This document shows positions 9,528-18,809 of a DNA stretch of 64,000 bases, piece after piece. The notes beneath the pieces were generated by a model. It saw only the letters and a list, made by a program, of their open reading frames with translations, had not been told where the DNA came from and searched no databases. Each line of letters begins with the position of its first letter. Within the stretch, counting starts at the first letter, position 1. The position numbers were made by a program, and so were the translations under genes. Source of the stretch: Alphaproteobacteria bacterium (GTDB lineage Bacteria > Pseudomonadota > Alphaproteobacteria > JAJTHO01 > CANGYM01); the NCBI GenBank assembly GCA_044372405.1, contig JBILRW010000004.1:7171-71170 (forward strand), written 5' to 3'.

Positions 9528-10745
9528 ATGACACAGTATAACTCTTCTTTTTTAAAAACGTTGCACGGGCGTGGTTTGCTGCAGGATGGGGCGGGGCTGC
9601 CGGAGCTGGATGAGCGGCTGAAAAGCCCTGGCCAGCGGGCGTATATTGGGTTTGACTGCACGGCGGATTGTTTGCACGTCGGCAGTTTGCTGCCCGTGAT
9701 TTTGCTGCGGCATTTTCATGGGGCGGGGCATACGCCCATTGTTTTGTTTGGGGGCGGGACGACGAAAATCGGGGATCCTTCGGGAAAAGACACCGCCCGC
9801 CAGCTGCTGGATCATGACACCATCCAAAAAAACAAGGCCGGCATTATGGCCGTGATTCATCGTTTGGTGCCGGGGCTAACCCCGGAAACCGTGGTGGATA
9901 ATGCCGATTGGCTGGGGGGACTGGGCTATATTGATTTTCTGCGCGATATTGGCCCGCATTTTTCCATTAACCGGATGCTGACCTTTGATAGTGTTCGCTT
10001 AAGGCTGGAGCGTGAACAGACGCTCAGTTTTTTAGAATTTAACTATATGCTGCTGCAATCCTATGATTTTTGGCACTTGTTTAAAACCAAGAATTGCATC
10101 CTGCAAATGGGGGGATCGGATCAATGGGGCAATATGATTTCGGGTGTGGATTTGATCCGGCGGCTGGAGGGGAAAACCGCCCACGCCCTGACGGTGCCCC
10201 TGCTGACCACCGCCAGCGGGGCCAAGATGGGCAAAACGGCGGATGGGGCGGTGTGGTTGTCGGCTGAAAAGACCTCCCCCTATGATTTTTGGCAGTACTG
10301 GCGAAATACAGAGGACGCCGATGTGGGGAAATTCCTGCGGTTTTTTACGACGCTTCCCCTGGAGGACATTGATGATCTGACCAAGGCCGGCGGTGCGTCG
10401 CTGAATGCCGCCAAAATCCGCCTGGCCACGGAAGTGACAACGTTGTGTCATGGGGAAGGGGTGGCGCTGTCTGCGGCAGAAACGGCGCAAAAGACCTTTT
10501 CCGGCGGGGGGCTGGGGGAGGATATTCCCACGCTGGCCGTCCAGGGCACAGTGACGGTGATGGATTTGCTTGTGAACGCTCACTTCTGTTCCAGTCGGGG
10601 GGAAGCCAAGCGGTTGATCGAACAAGGCGGCGTGAAAATAGGCGGCAGCACGGTGGGCGATGTGAACGCCAAGGTTGAGCCCTCGTCTGAGCCCCTGCCC
10701 CTTCAGGTGGGCAAAAAAAAACATGCTCGTGTTGTATGGCACTAA
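9528..10745 (+). CDS. tyrS: tyrosine--tRNA ligase
   Basis: HVGS (HIGH-like) and KMGKT (KMSKS) motifs; C-terminal S4 domain; start chosen at MTQYN. Confidence 0.9.
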   Translation: MTQYNSSFLKTLHGRGLLQDGAGLPELDERLKSPGQRAYIGFDCTADCLHVGSLLPVILLRHFHGAGHTPIVLFGGGTTKIGDPSGKDTARQLLDHDTIQKNKAGIMAVIHRLVPGLTPETVVDNADWLGGLGYIDFLRDIGPHFSINRMLTFDSVRLRLEREQTLSFLEFNYMLLQSYDFWHLFKTKNCILQMGGSDQWGNMISGVDLIRRLEGKTAHALTVPLLTTASGAKMGKTADGAVWLSAEKTSPYDFWQYWRNTEDADVGKFLRFFTTLPLEDIDDLTKAGGASLNAAKIRLATEVTTLCHGEGVALSAAETAQKTFSGGGLGEDIPTLAVQGTVTVMDLLVNAHFCSSRGEAKRLIEQGGVKIGGSTVGDVNAKVEPSSEPLPLQVGKKKHARVVWH

Positions 10746-11440
10746 CCCCCCTTCCCATTTTTCTGGCCCTGGATGATCCCGATTGGGATTTGGGGCATGT
10801 GCGCCGTATGGCCAGCCAGATTGTGGGGGTGAAGCTGGGCATGGCCTTTTTTTATCGCCTGGGGCCGGCGGGGGTGGCCGCCCTGCAGGAAGTGAACGTT
10901 CCCTTATTTCTGGATGTCAAGGTCCATGACATTCCCAACACGGCGGCGGCGGCGGTGCGGGCCCTTACCGCGCTGGGGGCATCTTATATGACCCTGCATG
11001 CGGCCGGGGGGGGCGATATGCTGCGGGCCGCGCGCCAGGCGGCGGATGAAGAGGCGGACAGCCTGGCCCTGCCCCGTCCCAAGCTGCTGGGCGTGACGGT
11101 GCTGACCAGTATGGATCAAACGGCCCTGTCCACCGTGGGCGTTCACGGGCCCCTGATTCACCAAGTCCGCCGCCTGGCGGACATCAGCGTGGATGCGGGA
11201 TTGGACGGCATCGTGTGTTCCGCCATGGATTTGGGGGCGCTGTCCCTGCCGGAGGATTTTTTGGCCGTTACCCCCGGCATTCGTTTGCCGGGCATGCCCC
11301 TGGACGATCAAGTCCGCACCATGACCCCGGGGGAGGCCCTAACGGCCGGCGCAACGCACTTGGTCATGGGCCGGCCGTTGCTGCGAGCGACGGATCCGCT
11401 GAAGGTTCTCTCTGAGATTCGGCAGGATATGGGGCTATGA
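10736..11440 (+). CDS. pyrF: orotidine 5'-phosphate decarboxylase
   Basis: 234 aa, LALDDPD...FLDVKVHDIPNT pattern of PyrF. Confidence 0.85.
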   Translation: MALTPLPIFLALDDPDWDLGHVRRMASQIVGVKLGMAFFYRLGPAGVAALQEVNVPLFLDVKVHDIPNTAAAAVRALTALGASYMTLHAAGGGDMLRAARQAADEEADSLALPRPKLLGVTVLTSMDQTALSTVGVHGPLIHQVRRLADISVDAGLDGIVCSAMDLGALSLPEDFLAVTPGIRLPGMPLDDQVRTMTPGEALTAGATHLVMGRPLLRATDPLKVLSEIRQDMGL

Positions 11441-12054
11441 CCAAAATTAAATTTTGCGGCCTGACCCGCACGTCGGATATTCTGTTGGCCCGGGATTTGG
11501 GTGTGGATTATGTGGGCCTGGTGTTTTATCCGCCGTCACCCCGGGCGGTTTCCTTAATCACAGCGGCGCATTTGGCCAGCGTGGCCCGGGCCTGTGGTAT
11601 AAGCGTTGTGTCCCTGACGGTGAATGCGGCCCCTGCCCTTTATGAAGCCATCGCGGCCCTGGTTAAGCCCGATTTATGGCAACTGCATGGGGATGAAAGT
11701 GAACAAACGATCACTCACATAAAAAAAGCCTTTGGCAGGCCCGTGATTAAAGCCATCGCCGTGGCCATGAAAGCCGATATTCCCGCCCATACATCGGCTG
11801 ATTTTTTGTTGTTTGATGCCAAGCCCACCCCCGCCGATACCCTGCCCGGGGGGAATGGGCGGGGGTTTGATGTGACGGTTTTAAAAAATGTGAACGTTCC
11901 CTTTTTTCTGGCCGGGGGACTCACCCCCGATACTGTGGGAAGCCTTTGTGAGCGCGTGCATCCCTTTGCCGTGGATGTGTCCAGTGGGATTGAAACCGTG
12001 CGGGGGATTAAGAATCCTGAAAAAATGAAGGCGTTTGTGAGGGGGGTGTCATGA
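11437..12054 (+). CDS. trpF: N-(5'-phosphoribosyl)anthranilate isomerase
   Basis: 205 aa MTKIKFCGLTRTSDILLARDLGVDYVGLVF, typical TrpF; overlaps pyrF stop by 4 nt. Confidence 0.85.
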   Translation: MTKIKFCGLTRTSDILLARDLGVDYVGLVFYPPSPRAVSLITAAHLASVARACGISVVSLTVNAAPALYEAIAALVKPDLWQLHGDESEQTITHIKKAFGRPVIKAIAVAMKADIPAHTSADFLLFDAKPTPADTLPGGNGRGFDVTVLKNVNVPFFLAGGLTPDTVGSLCERVHPFAVDVSSGIETVRGIKNPEKMKAFVRGVS

Positions 12055-13058
12055 CCTTCCCCGCCCTGCGCCTGCGCCGCCTGCGATCTTCCCCCGCCAT
12101 GCGGGATTTGGTGCAGGAGGTCCGATTGCATCCCAGCGATTTGATTCAGCCCTATTTTGTTCATGATTATGATGATGACGCCCCCATTGCCAGTTTGCCC
12201 GGACAGTGGCGTTTGAGTTTAACATCCGTATGTGAGCGTTCACGCACATTTTATGATCACGGCGGGCGGGCGGTGTTGTTGTTTCCGGTGGTGGGGGCGT
12301 CCCTGAAGGATGACGTGGGGTCGGAGTCCCTGAATCCAAACACGCTGCATGCCCGCGCCGTGGCTGCCGTTAAGGCGGCGGTGCCAGAACTGCTGGTCAT
12401 GGCCGATGTGGCCCTGGATCCCTATACCCGTCATGGTCATGATGGCCTTTTGGATGATGCGGGGGATGTGGATAATGATGCAACGATTGAGGCGTTAATC
12501 GGTCAGGCCCTGGTCCTGGCCCGGGCCGGCGTGGATGTCATCGCCCCGTCGGATATGATGGATGGACGCATTGGGGCGTTAAGAGCGGCCCTGGATGATG
12601 CCGGGTTTTCGGGGGTTTCGTTATTATCGTATACGGCCAAGTTTGCGTCCCATTTGTACGGACCCTTTCGGGATGCGGTGGGCAGTGGGGGGGCGCTGAA
12701 GGGTGATAAAAAAACCTATCAAATGAACCCCGCCAACGCGGGGGAGGCCCTGCGGGAGGCCGCCGAAGATATCGCCGAAGGCGCGGACATGCTGATGGTT
12801 AAGCCCGCCACGTGGTATTTGGACGTTTTGTATCGTATCCGCCAAAGCACCGATGTGCCCGTGCTGGCCTATCACGTCAGCGGGGAATATGCCATGCTCC
12901 ATGCCCTGGCGCAGCAAACGGGAACGCCGTTTCAGGCCCTTTATCACGAAGCCCTGCTGTCCATCAAACGCGCCGGCGCCCGGGGGATTGTCACTTATGG
13001 GGCGGAGGATGTGGTGGGAGAAGTAAAGAGTGCCCTATGCCCAATATCCCGGCGATAA
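12051..13058 (+). CDS. hemB: porphobilinogen synthase (delta-aminolevulinic acid dehydratase)
   Basis: 335 aa, ALRLRRLRSSPAMRDLVQE...PYFV N-terminus and active-site region of HemB; 3' end overlaps convergent purD by ~64 nt. Confidence 0.9.
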   Translation: MTFPALRLRRLRSSPAMRDLVQEVRLHPSDLIQPYFVHDYDDDAPIASLPGQWRLSLTSVCERSRTFYDHGGRAVLLFPVVGASLKDDVGSESLNPNTLHARAVAAVKAAVPELLVMADVALDPYTRHGHDGLLDDAGDVDNDATIEALIGQALVLARAGVDVIAPSDMMDGRIGALRAALDDAGFSGVSLLSYTAKFASHLYGPFRDAVGSGGALKGDKKTYQMNPANAGEALREAAEDIAEGADMLMVKPATWYLDVLYRIRQSTDVPVLAYHVSGEYAMLHALAQQTGTPFQALYHEALLSIKRAGARGIVTYGAEDVVGEVKSALCPISRR

Positions 13059-14281
13059 AACCCGTCGGGCCAGTTAACTTGGCCAGCGGCTTGATAAGCC
13101 AGATCCCGGGCCTGAACCAACGTATCCCCCACGCCCACAAGGGATAAAACGCGGCCGCCGTGGGCCCGTAGCGTACCGTCCGCGTCCCGCCGCGTGGCGG
13201 CGTGAAAAAGATGCGTATTGTGGCCATCTGTATCAGGCAAGGAAAAAATTTCCGTGCCCGTGGGATGATCCCCGGGATATCCCCGGGTGGCCATGACAAC
13301 GCACAGGGCATGACGGGGGGACAGGCGGATCGTGTGTTGATCCAGCGTTTTAACGGCGCAGGCGTAAAGGAGGGGGACGATATCTTGGTCAATTAAGGGC
13401 ATTAACACCTGGCATTCCGGGTCCCCAAAACGGGCGTTAAATTCAATGATGGAGGGTCCGTCCTTCGTCATCATCAGCCCCGCATACAAAACCCCCTGAA
13501 AGGGACAGCCGCGCCGCACCATGGCATCCGCCACGGGCTGAATGATGGTTTTCATAATATGATCGACATCCGCAGACCCCAGCACCGGCGCCGGGGCATA
13601 GGCCCCCATGCCCCCCGTGTTGGGGCCCAGGTCCCCATCGAAAACACGCTTGTGATCCTGGGCATGACCGATATAGCGTGTTGTTTTTCCATCACACAGG
13701 GCAAAAAGGCTGACCTCTTCCCCGTCCAAAAACGTTTCGATGACCACGCGCGATCCGGCCTCCCCAAAGCATCGATCGCCCATCATGGATGTGAGGGCTT
13801 CTTTGGCGTCTTGCCCCGTTTGGGCAATGACAACCCCCTTTCCTGCCGCCAGGCCATCGGCCTTAATCACCACGGGCAAGGGGGCTGCGCCGGCGTAGCT
13901 GAGGGCCGCCGAAAGATCTGTAAAGGTTTCATAGCGAGCGGTGGGCACGCCGGCCTCGGCACAAATGGATTTCATGAAGGCTTTGGAGCTTTCCAGCTGC
14001 GCCGCCGCCTGGCTGGGGCCGAAAACGGGATAGCCGGCGCTTCTGAGTTTATCGGACAAGCCCGCGGCCAGGGGTTTTTCGGGTCCAATGACCACAAAAT
14101 CAACGGCGCGGTCTTGGCAAAAGGTGAGCACCGCCCCATGATCGTCGGGATTCAGGACCACGGAGGAGGCAATGCCGGCATTCCCCGGGGCCGTCCACAG
14201 GTGATCACACAAGGGAGAGGTGGATAGTTTCCAGGCCAGGGCGTGTTCCCGGGCCCCGCCGCCGATTAAAAGGATGTTCAT
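12995..14281 (-). CDS. purD: phosphoribosylamine--glycine ligase
   Basis: 428 aa ATP-grasp enzyme, MNILLIGGGAREHALAWKL N-terminus typical of PurD. Confidence 0.9.
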   Translation of the reverse strand: MNILLIGGGAREHALAWKLSTSPLCDHLWTAPGNAGIASSVVLNPDDHGAVLTFCQDRAVDFVVIGPEKPLAAGLSDKLRSAGYPVFGPSQAAAQLESSKAFMKSICAEAGVPTARYETFTDLSAALSYAGAAPLPVVIKADGLAAGKGVVIAQTGQDAKEALTSMMGDRCFGEAGSRVVIETFLDGEEVSLFALCDGKTTRYIGHAQDHKRVFDGDLGPNTGGMGAYAPAPVLGSADVDHIMKTIIQPVADAMVRRGCPFQGVLYAGLMMTKDGPSIIEFNARFGDPECQVLMPLIDQDIVPLLYACAVKTLDQHTIRLSPRHALCVVMATRGYPGDHPTGTEIFSLPDTDGHNTHLFHAATRRDADGTLRAHGGRVLSLVGVGDTLVQARDLAYQAAGQVNWPDGFYRRDIGHRALFTSPTTSSAP

Positions 14282-14359
14282 GAAGTGAACTTTCTATACA
14301 AGATATTTATATCTGTGGTATACCCCTGTTTTGAGTGAGAAACAAGCCAAGGTTCCCAA

Positions 14360-14848
14360 ATGAATCGCAGTATCATTGAAACCCTGCTCGGCGCGGCCGT
14401 TTTGTTGGTGGCGGGGTATTTTTTGTTTTTTGCCTATCAGCACAGCGATGTGGGGCGCGGCGGGGCAGGGTATCCCTTAAAGGCCACGTTTGAGCGCGTC
14501 AATGGCCTGGCGCTGGGCGCCGATGTGCGCATCAGCGGGATTAAGGTTGGCATCATCAGCGATATGCAGCTGGACACCAAAACCTTTTTGGCCACCATTA
14601 CGTTGAATTTAAAAAACAACATTACCCTGTCGGATGATACGGTGGCGGAGATCACGTCCGATGGATTGTTTGGGGGCAGTTATCTGGCCCTGAATCCTGG
14701 GGGGTCTGATAAAACCTTAAAGGCCGGTGATGCCCTGACCTATACCCAGTCCCCGGCGACGTTTTCTGAGTTGATTACGAAATTTATGCTATCCTCAAAA
14801 GACGATAAGGACAAAGAAGACGATAAAAAAACGCCCCAACCCCAATGA
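14360..14848 (+). CDS. mlaD: MCE-domain lipid-trafficking protein MlaD-like
   Basis: N-terminal TM helix then MCE fold; KDDKDKEDDKK tail. Confidence 0.7.
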   Translation: MNRSIIETLLGAAVLLVAGYFLFFAYQHSDVGRGGAGYPLKATFERVNGLALGADVRISGIKVGIISDMQLDTKTFLATITLNLKNNITLSDDTVAEITSDGLFGGSYLALNPGGSDKTLKAGDALTYTQSPATFSELITKFMLSSKDDKDKEDDKKTPQPQ

Positions 14849-14900
14849 GGTGATGATGGCCAAGGGATTTTATAAAGCCTGTGGGGCACCTCTATTAGCC

Positions 14901-14990
14901 GTCATTGCGAGCGCAGCGAAGCAATCCAGAAAGGCTGCTGTTCCCGGAAACCCTGGATTGCTTCGTCGCGTTGCTCCTTACAATGACGAA
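14901..14990. repeat. type-1 palindromic element, copy 3 (degenerate second arm)
   Basis: gtcattgcgagcgcagcgaagcaatccag...ctggattgcttcgtcgcgttgctccttacaatgacgaaaaa. Confidence 0.8.
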
Positions 14991-15026
14991 AAATTGGGGT
15001 TATTATGTAGAGGTTTTGAGCTGATT

Positions 15027-15518
15027 TTGCGCTGGACTCTTTTTTCTTGGCTATTGTTTTTTATGGTGATTGTTTCGCCGGCCCGGGGGGAGGATATTCC
15101 CGTGAGTGACACCCCTGATGCGGCTGCCCCGCCCCCCCCTGCCCTGTCTGTTGCGGAGCCTGTTGCCGCTGAAGAGCCTTCGATGCCGGAATTATCCCCC
15201 CCGGGTCCTGCCCCCATGGACACCAAACATATTGCGGTGCTGCAGGCCCTGGATAAAGTGACGGGCCGGATTCATGTTCTGAATGTTCCTGTGGATCAGC
15301 CGGCGCAGTTTGTATCCTTGGCCATTGATGTGCGGAGTTGCCGGAAAAGTTTGCCGGAGGATTCCCCCGAATCCGCCGCGTTTTTAGAGATTGAAGAAAC
15401 CACCCCCAAGGGCGAAAAAAGGCCGGTGTTTTCGGGGTGGATGTTTGCCTCTTCCCCGGCGGTTTCGGCCATGGAACACCCGATGTTTGATGTGTGGGTG
15501 GTGGAATGTCGGGATTAA
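15027..15518 (+). CDS. hypothetical secreted protein (Pro/Ala-rich N-terminal region); start uncertain
   Basis: ORF 14850-15518; the first ~50 codons are translation of the type-1 element, so start placed at the TTG preceding signal-peptide-like RWTLFSWLLFFMVIVSPARG. Confidence 0.45.
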   Translation: MRWTLFSWLLFFMVIVSPARGEDIPVSDTPDAAAPPPPALSVAEPVAAEEPSMPELSPPGPAPMDTKHIAVLQALDKVTGRIHVLNVPVDQPAQFVSLAIDVRSCRKSLPEDSPESAAFLEIEETTPKGEKRPVFSGWMFASSPAVSAMEHPMFDVWVVECRD

Positions 15519-15537
15519 CCCCCAGAAAGGAAGCGTC

Positions 15538-16914
15538 ATGAAAGTCCTGATTTGTGGGGCCGGACAGGTCGGTTACAGCATTGCCCAGTACCTTTCCAAG
15601 GAAGACAACGATATTACCGTGATTGATCATAACGAGGATATGATTGATCGCATCAACAATACGCTGGAAGTGCGGGCTTTGTTAGGGCATGCGTCCCACC
15701 CCGATGTCATGGAAAAGGCAGGCGCGGAAGAGGCAGAGCTTCTGATTGCCGTCACCCATTCCGATGAGGTCAATATTGTGGCCTGTCAAATGGCCCACAG
15801 TTTGTTTTCCATTCCCCGGAAAATTGCGCGCTTGCGGGCCCAAAGTTATTTGATTCCGGCCTTTTCCCATATTTACCGGGGCAGTGATGTGCCCATTGAT
15901 GTGATTATTTCCCCCGAAAAAGAAGTGGCCCATGCCATCAGTGAATTTTTGGCGGTACCGGGGGCCTTTGAGGTTGAAATGCTGGCAGAGGGTCAGGTGG
16001 CGTTTTTGGGTATTACCTGTGAAGCCAGCGCCCCGATCTTGCATGTTCCCTTTCGTCAAATGGCGTCCCTGTTTCCCGATTTGCATCTGCGGATTGTGGC
16101 CGTTCAGCGGGGGGGGCGTTTTTTTGTGCCCCATGGGGATCATCAGTTATTGCCGCAGGATCAGGCCTATATCGTGACGGGGACCAAGTCTTTGCGGCGT
16201 GTGTTAAAATTATTCGATCATGAATCCCCCGAATCCCGCCGTCTGGTCATTGCCGGTGCGGGCAATGTGTGTCGTTTCCTGGTGCAAAAAATCCACCAGG
16301 ACCATCCCCACATTGATGCCAAAGTCATTGAATGGAATCGGGACATTGCGGAGGATTTTGCCCGCACCTTTCCCCATGTGAGTATTTTTAACGGTGATGC
16401 CCTGGATCAGGAAATTCTAAACGAGGCCGATATTACCAAGGCCGATACCTATGTCGCCATTACCGATGATGATGAGGCCAATATCCTGAGCAGCCTGCTG
16501 GCCCGTCGTTTGGGATCGTCCAAGGCGTTGGCGCTGGTCAATAGCTTAAGTTATGAGCCCCTCATCAGTTCGCTGGGGATTGATTCGGTGGTGAATCCCC
16601 GCGCCATTACGGTGTCCAAGATTTTGCAATACGTTCGGCGCGGTCACATCCACAAAATCCATTCCATCGGCCAGGGCTTTGGGGAAATTATCGAGGCTGA
16701 TGCCATTGAAAAATCAGACATGGTGGGCAAGCGTCTTCAGGATGTTTATTTGCCCCGCGATACCTTGCTGGCCGCCATTGTTCGGCAAAATCATGTCATT
16801 GTCCCCAACCGTCAAACCCAGATTCTGGCCGGGGATCGCCTGATCATGTTTGTCCCCAAGGGGGCTATTCGTGCCATTGAGTATGCCTTGGCGGCGAAGA
16901 CGGCGTATTTTTAG
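15538..16914 (+). CDS. trkA: Trk potassium uptake system NAD-binding protein TrkA
   Basis: 458 aa, two RCK units, MKVLICGAGQVGYSIAQYL Rossmann start. Confidence 0.9.
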   Translation: MKVLICGAGQVGYSIAQYLSKEDNDITVIDHNEDMIDRINNTLEVRALLGHASHPDVMEKAGAEEAELLIAVTHSDEVNIVACQMAHSLFSIPRKIARLRAQSYLIPAFSHIYRGSDVPIDVIISPEKEVAHAISEFLAVPGAFEVEMLAEGQVAFLGITCEASAPILHVPFRQMASLFPDLHLRIVAVQRGGRFFVPHGDHQLLPQDQAYIVTGTKSLRRVLKLFDHESPESRRLVIAGAGNVCRFLVQKIHQDHPHIDAKVIEWNRDIAEDFARTFPHVSIFNGDALDQEILNEADITKADTYVAITDDDEANILSSLLARRLGSSKALALVNSLSYEPLISSLGIDSVVNPRAITVSKILQYVRRGHIHKIHSIGQGFGEIIEADAIEKSDMVGKRLQDVYLPRDTLLAAIVRQNHVIVPNRQTQILAGDRLIMFVPKGAIRAIEYALAAKTAYF

Positions 16915-16929
16915 GCCCCGTTGGGTCAG

Positions 16930-17257
16930 AAAAGGCGGGGTCGGGGCAGCAGGATTTGTCCCCCGGGTCAAGGGCGAGACGCCAAAAAAGTTGCGTAGCA
17001 AAGCCCCGAAGGGGCGGTCTTTTTTGGTGCGAGGCGAAGCGGACCCTTGAGGCGGGGGACAAATTCTGCTGGGTGGGAGCCTTTTCCTTGTGGGCCGAAC
17101 GCGGCTCCCGCCCCCACATTCAGGTAACAGGTATCAGGTTGCAGGTAACAGAAAACCCCGTCCTCTGGGGCTTGTTATTTCAAGGATACGTCTTGCTCTA
17201 CTTTTTTTCCTGTCACCTGTCACCTGTCACCTGTCACCTGATTCACCCCGCCACGTT
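16930..17257. repeat. ~325-bp composite element copy A (conserved 190-bp core plus heptad-repeat hairpin)
   Basis: ~90 percent identical to 37874-38197; hairpin arms caggtaacaggtatcaggttgcaggtaacag (17120-17150) and cctgtcacctgtcacctgtcacctgtcacctg (17208-17239); internal long-range pairing cagcaggatttgtcccc with ggggacaaattctgctg. Confidence 0.85.
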
Positions 17258-17355
17258 TCTGAAAAAAAACCGCTTGTCTTTCCGCAAGACTTTCTCAACA
17301 TCTTTGCTATAAAGTGGGGGGCAACACCCGCATCGCCACAACCAAGGACTGTATT

Positions 17356-18573
17356 ATGAAAAAAATTATCGTAAAAAACCCCATCGTGGAAATGGATGGC
17401 GATGAGATGGCCCGTGTGATGTGGGATTTGATTAAGGAAAAGCTGATTCATCCCTATTTGGATTTGCCCATTGATTATTATGATTTATCCATTCAGTCCC
17501 GGGATGCGAGCCATGACCAGATTACCATTGATTCGGCCCTGGCGACGCAAAAGCACGGTGTGGCCATTAAATGTGCCACCATTACGGCGGATGAGGCCCG
17601 GGTGGCGGAGTTTGGCTTAAAAAAAATGTGGGCCTCTCCCAACGGCACCATTCGGAATATCCTGGGCGGGACGGTGTTTCGGGAACCCATTATTATTAAA
17701 AATGTTCCCCGTTTGGTCCCTGGTTGGACCCACCCCATTGCCATTGGCCGTCATGCCTTTGGGGATCAGTATAAGGCCACGGATTTTGTGGTGCCCTCTG
17801 CCGGAACGCTCACCATTACCTTCACCCCCAAAGACGGCAAAGGCGAGGTGATTTCCCACAAAGTGTACGATTTTGAATCCCCCGGCGTGGCCATGGCCAT
17901 GTATAATCTGGATGATTCCATTCGGGGTTTTGCCCGGGCGTGTTTGAATTACGGCCTACATCGCGGTTGGCCGGTGTTTTTGTCCACCAAAAACACGATT
18001 TTAAAAAAATACGATGGCCGGTTTAAGGATATTTTTCAAGAAGTGTTTGAGGCGGATTTTAAAGATGGCTTTGCCGAAAAAAACATTACCTATCAACACC
18101 GTTTGATTGATGACATGGTGGCATCGGCCCTGCGGTGGGATGGGAATTTTGTGTGGGCGTGTAAAAACTATGACGGGGACGTGCAGTCGGATTCTGTGGC
18201 CCAGGGGTTTGGGTCTTTGGGACTCATGACCTCCATTTTAATGACACCCGATGGAAAAACCGTGGAAAGCGAAGCCGCCCACGGCACCGTCACCCGTCAC
18301 TTTCGCCGGCACCAGCGGGGGGCGGAAACGTCCACGAACCCCATTGCCTCCATCTTTGCCTGGACCCGGGGCCTGTGGCATCGGGGTAAAATTGATGGTA
18401 ACGCAGAACTGCAACGCTTCAGCCAAATCCTGGAACAAACCTGTGTGGATACGGTGGAAAATGGCGAAATGACCCGGGATATGGCGCTGTTGATCGGGGA
18501 AGGCCAAACCTGGCTGAGCACGCAAAACTTCATCGGGGCCATTGCCAGAAATTTTGAGAAAAAACTGGGGTAA
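17356..18573 (+). CDS. icd: NADP-dependent isocitrate dehydrogenase (eukaryote-type subfamily)
   Basis: 405 aa [26 protein letters not shown]1-like type. Confidence 0.9.
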   Translation: MKKIIVKNPIVEMDGDEMARVMWDLIKEKLIHPYLDLPIDYYDLSIQSRDASHDQITIDSALATQKHGVAIKCATITADEARVAEFGLKKMWASPNGTIRNILGGTVFREPIIIKNVPRLVPGWTHPIAIGRHAFGDQYKATDFVVPSAGTLTITFTPKDGKGEVISHKVYDFESPGVAMAMYNLDDSIRGFARACLNYGLHRGWPVFLSTKNTILKKYDGRFKDIFQEVFEADFKDGFAEKNITYQHRLIDDMVASALRWDGNFVWACKNYDGDVQSDSVAQGFGSLGLMTSILMTPDGKTVESEAAHGTVTRHFRRHQRGAETSTNPIASIFAWTRGLWHRGKIDGNAELQRFSQILEQTCVDTVENGEMTRDMALLIGEGQTWLSTQNFIGAIARNFEKKLG

Positions 18574-18579
18574 GGCAGG

Positions 18580-18804
18580 GCGATTTAATTGTCCGTCATT
18601 CCGGACAAAATGAGCGAAGCGAGTGCAGAGCCGGAATCCAGCGCAACTGTCAAAAGGCCCAGCCTTTTGCCGGTATATTTTTGAAAAACAAAGAACAAAA
18701 CGCCTCGCGTTTTGGCATATGTGCTGGATCCCGGATCGGCGCTCACTGCGTTCGCTGGTCCGGGATGACGAAAAACATTAATTTAGTGGACAATTAAATC
18801 GACC
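18580..18804. mobile_element. type-2 MITE-like element, copy 1 (core 18594-18770)
   Basis: 13-bp terminal inverted repeats cgtcattccggac / gtccgggatgacg; internal 80 bp is the reverse complement of the internal part of the copy at 60128-60305; nested in an outer 14-bp inverted repeat cgatttaattgtcc. Confidence 0.85.
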
Positions 18805-18809
18805 TGGGG

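Noticed and set aside
12995-13058. 64-nt overlap of convergent hemB and purD 3' ends
   Set aside because: Both genes show homology to their ends. Convergent overlaps of this size occur in compact genomes, so this is noted only as compactness and not as an annotation error.
13559-14227. 222-aa plus-strand ORF
   Set aside because: It lies entirely antisense to purD and is Gly/Ala/Arg-rich as expected for a high-GC antisense frame.
16865-17119. ORFs of 84 aa and 174 aa beginning MWGREPRSAHKEKAPTQQNL (also 37539-38063)
   Set aside because: Both lie within the two copies of the 325-bp repeat. Their similarity comes from the repeat, not from coding.
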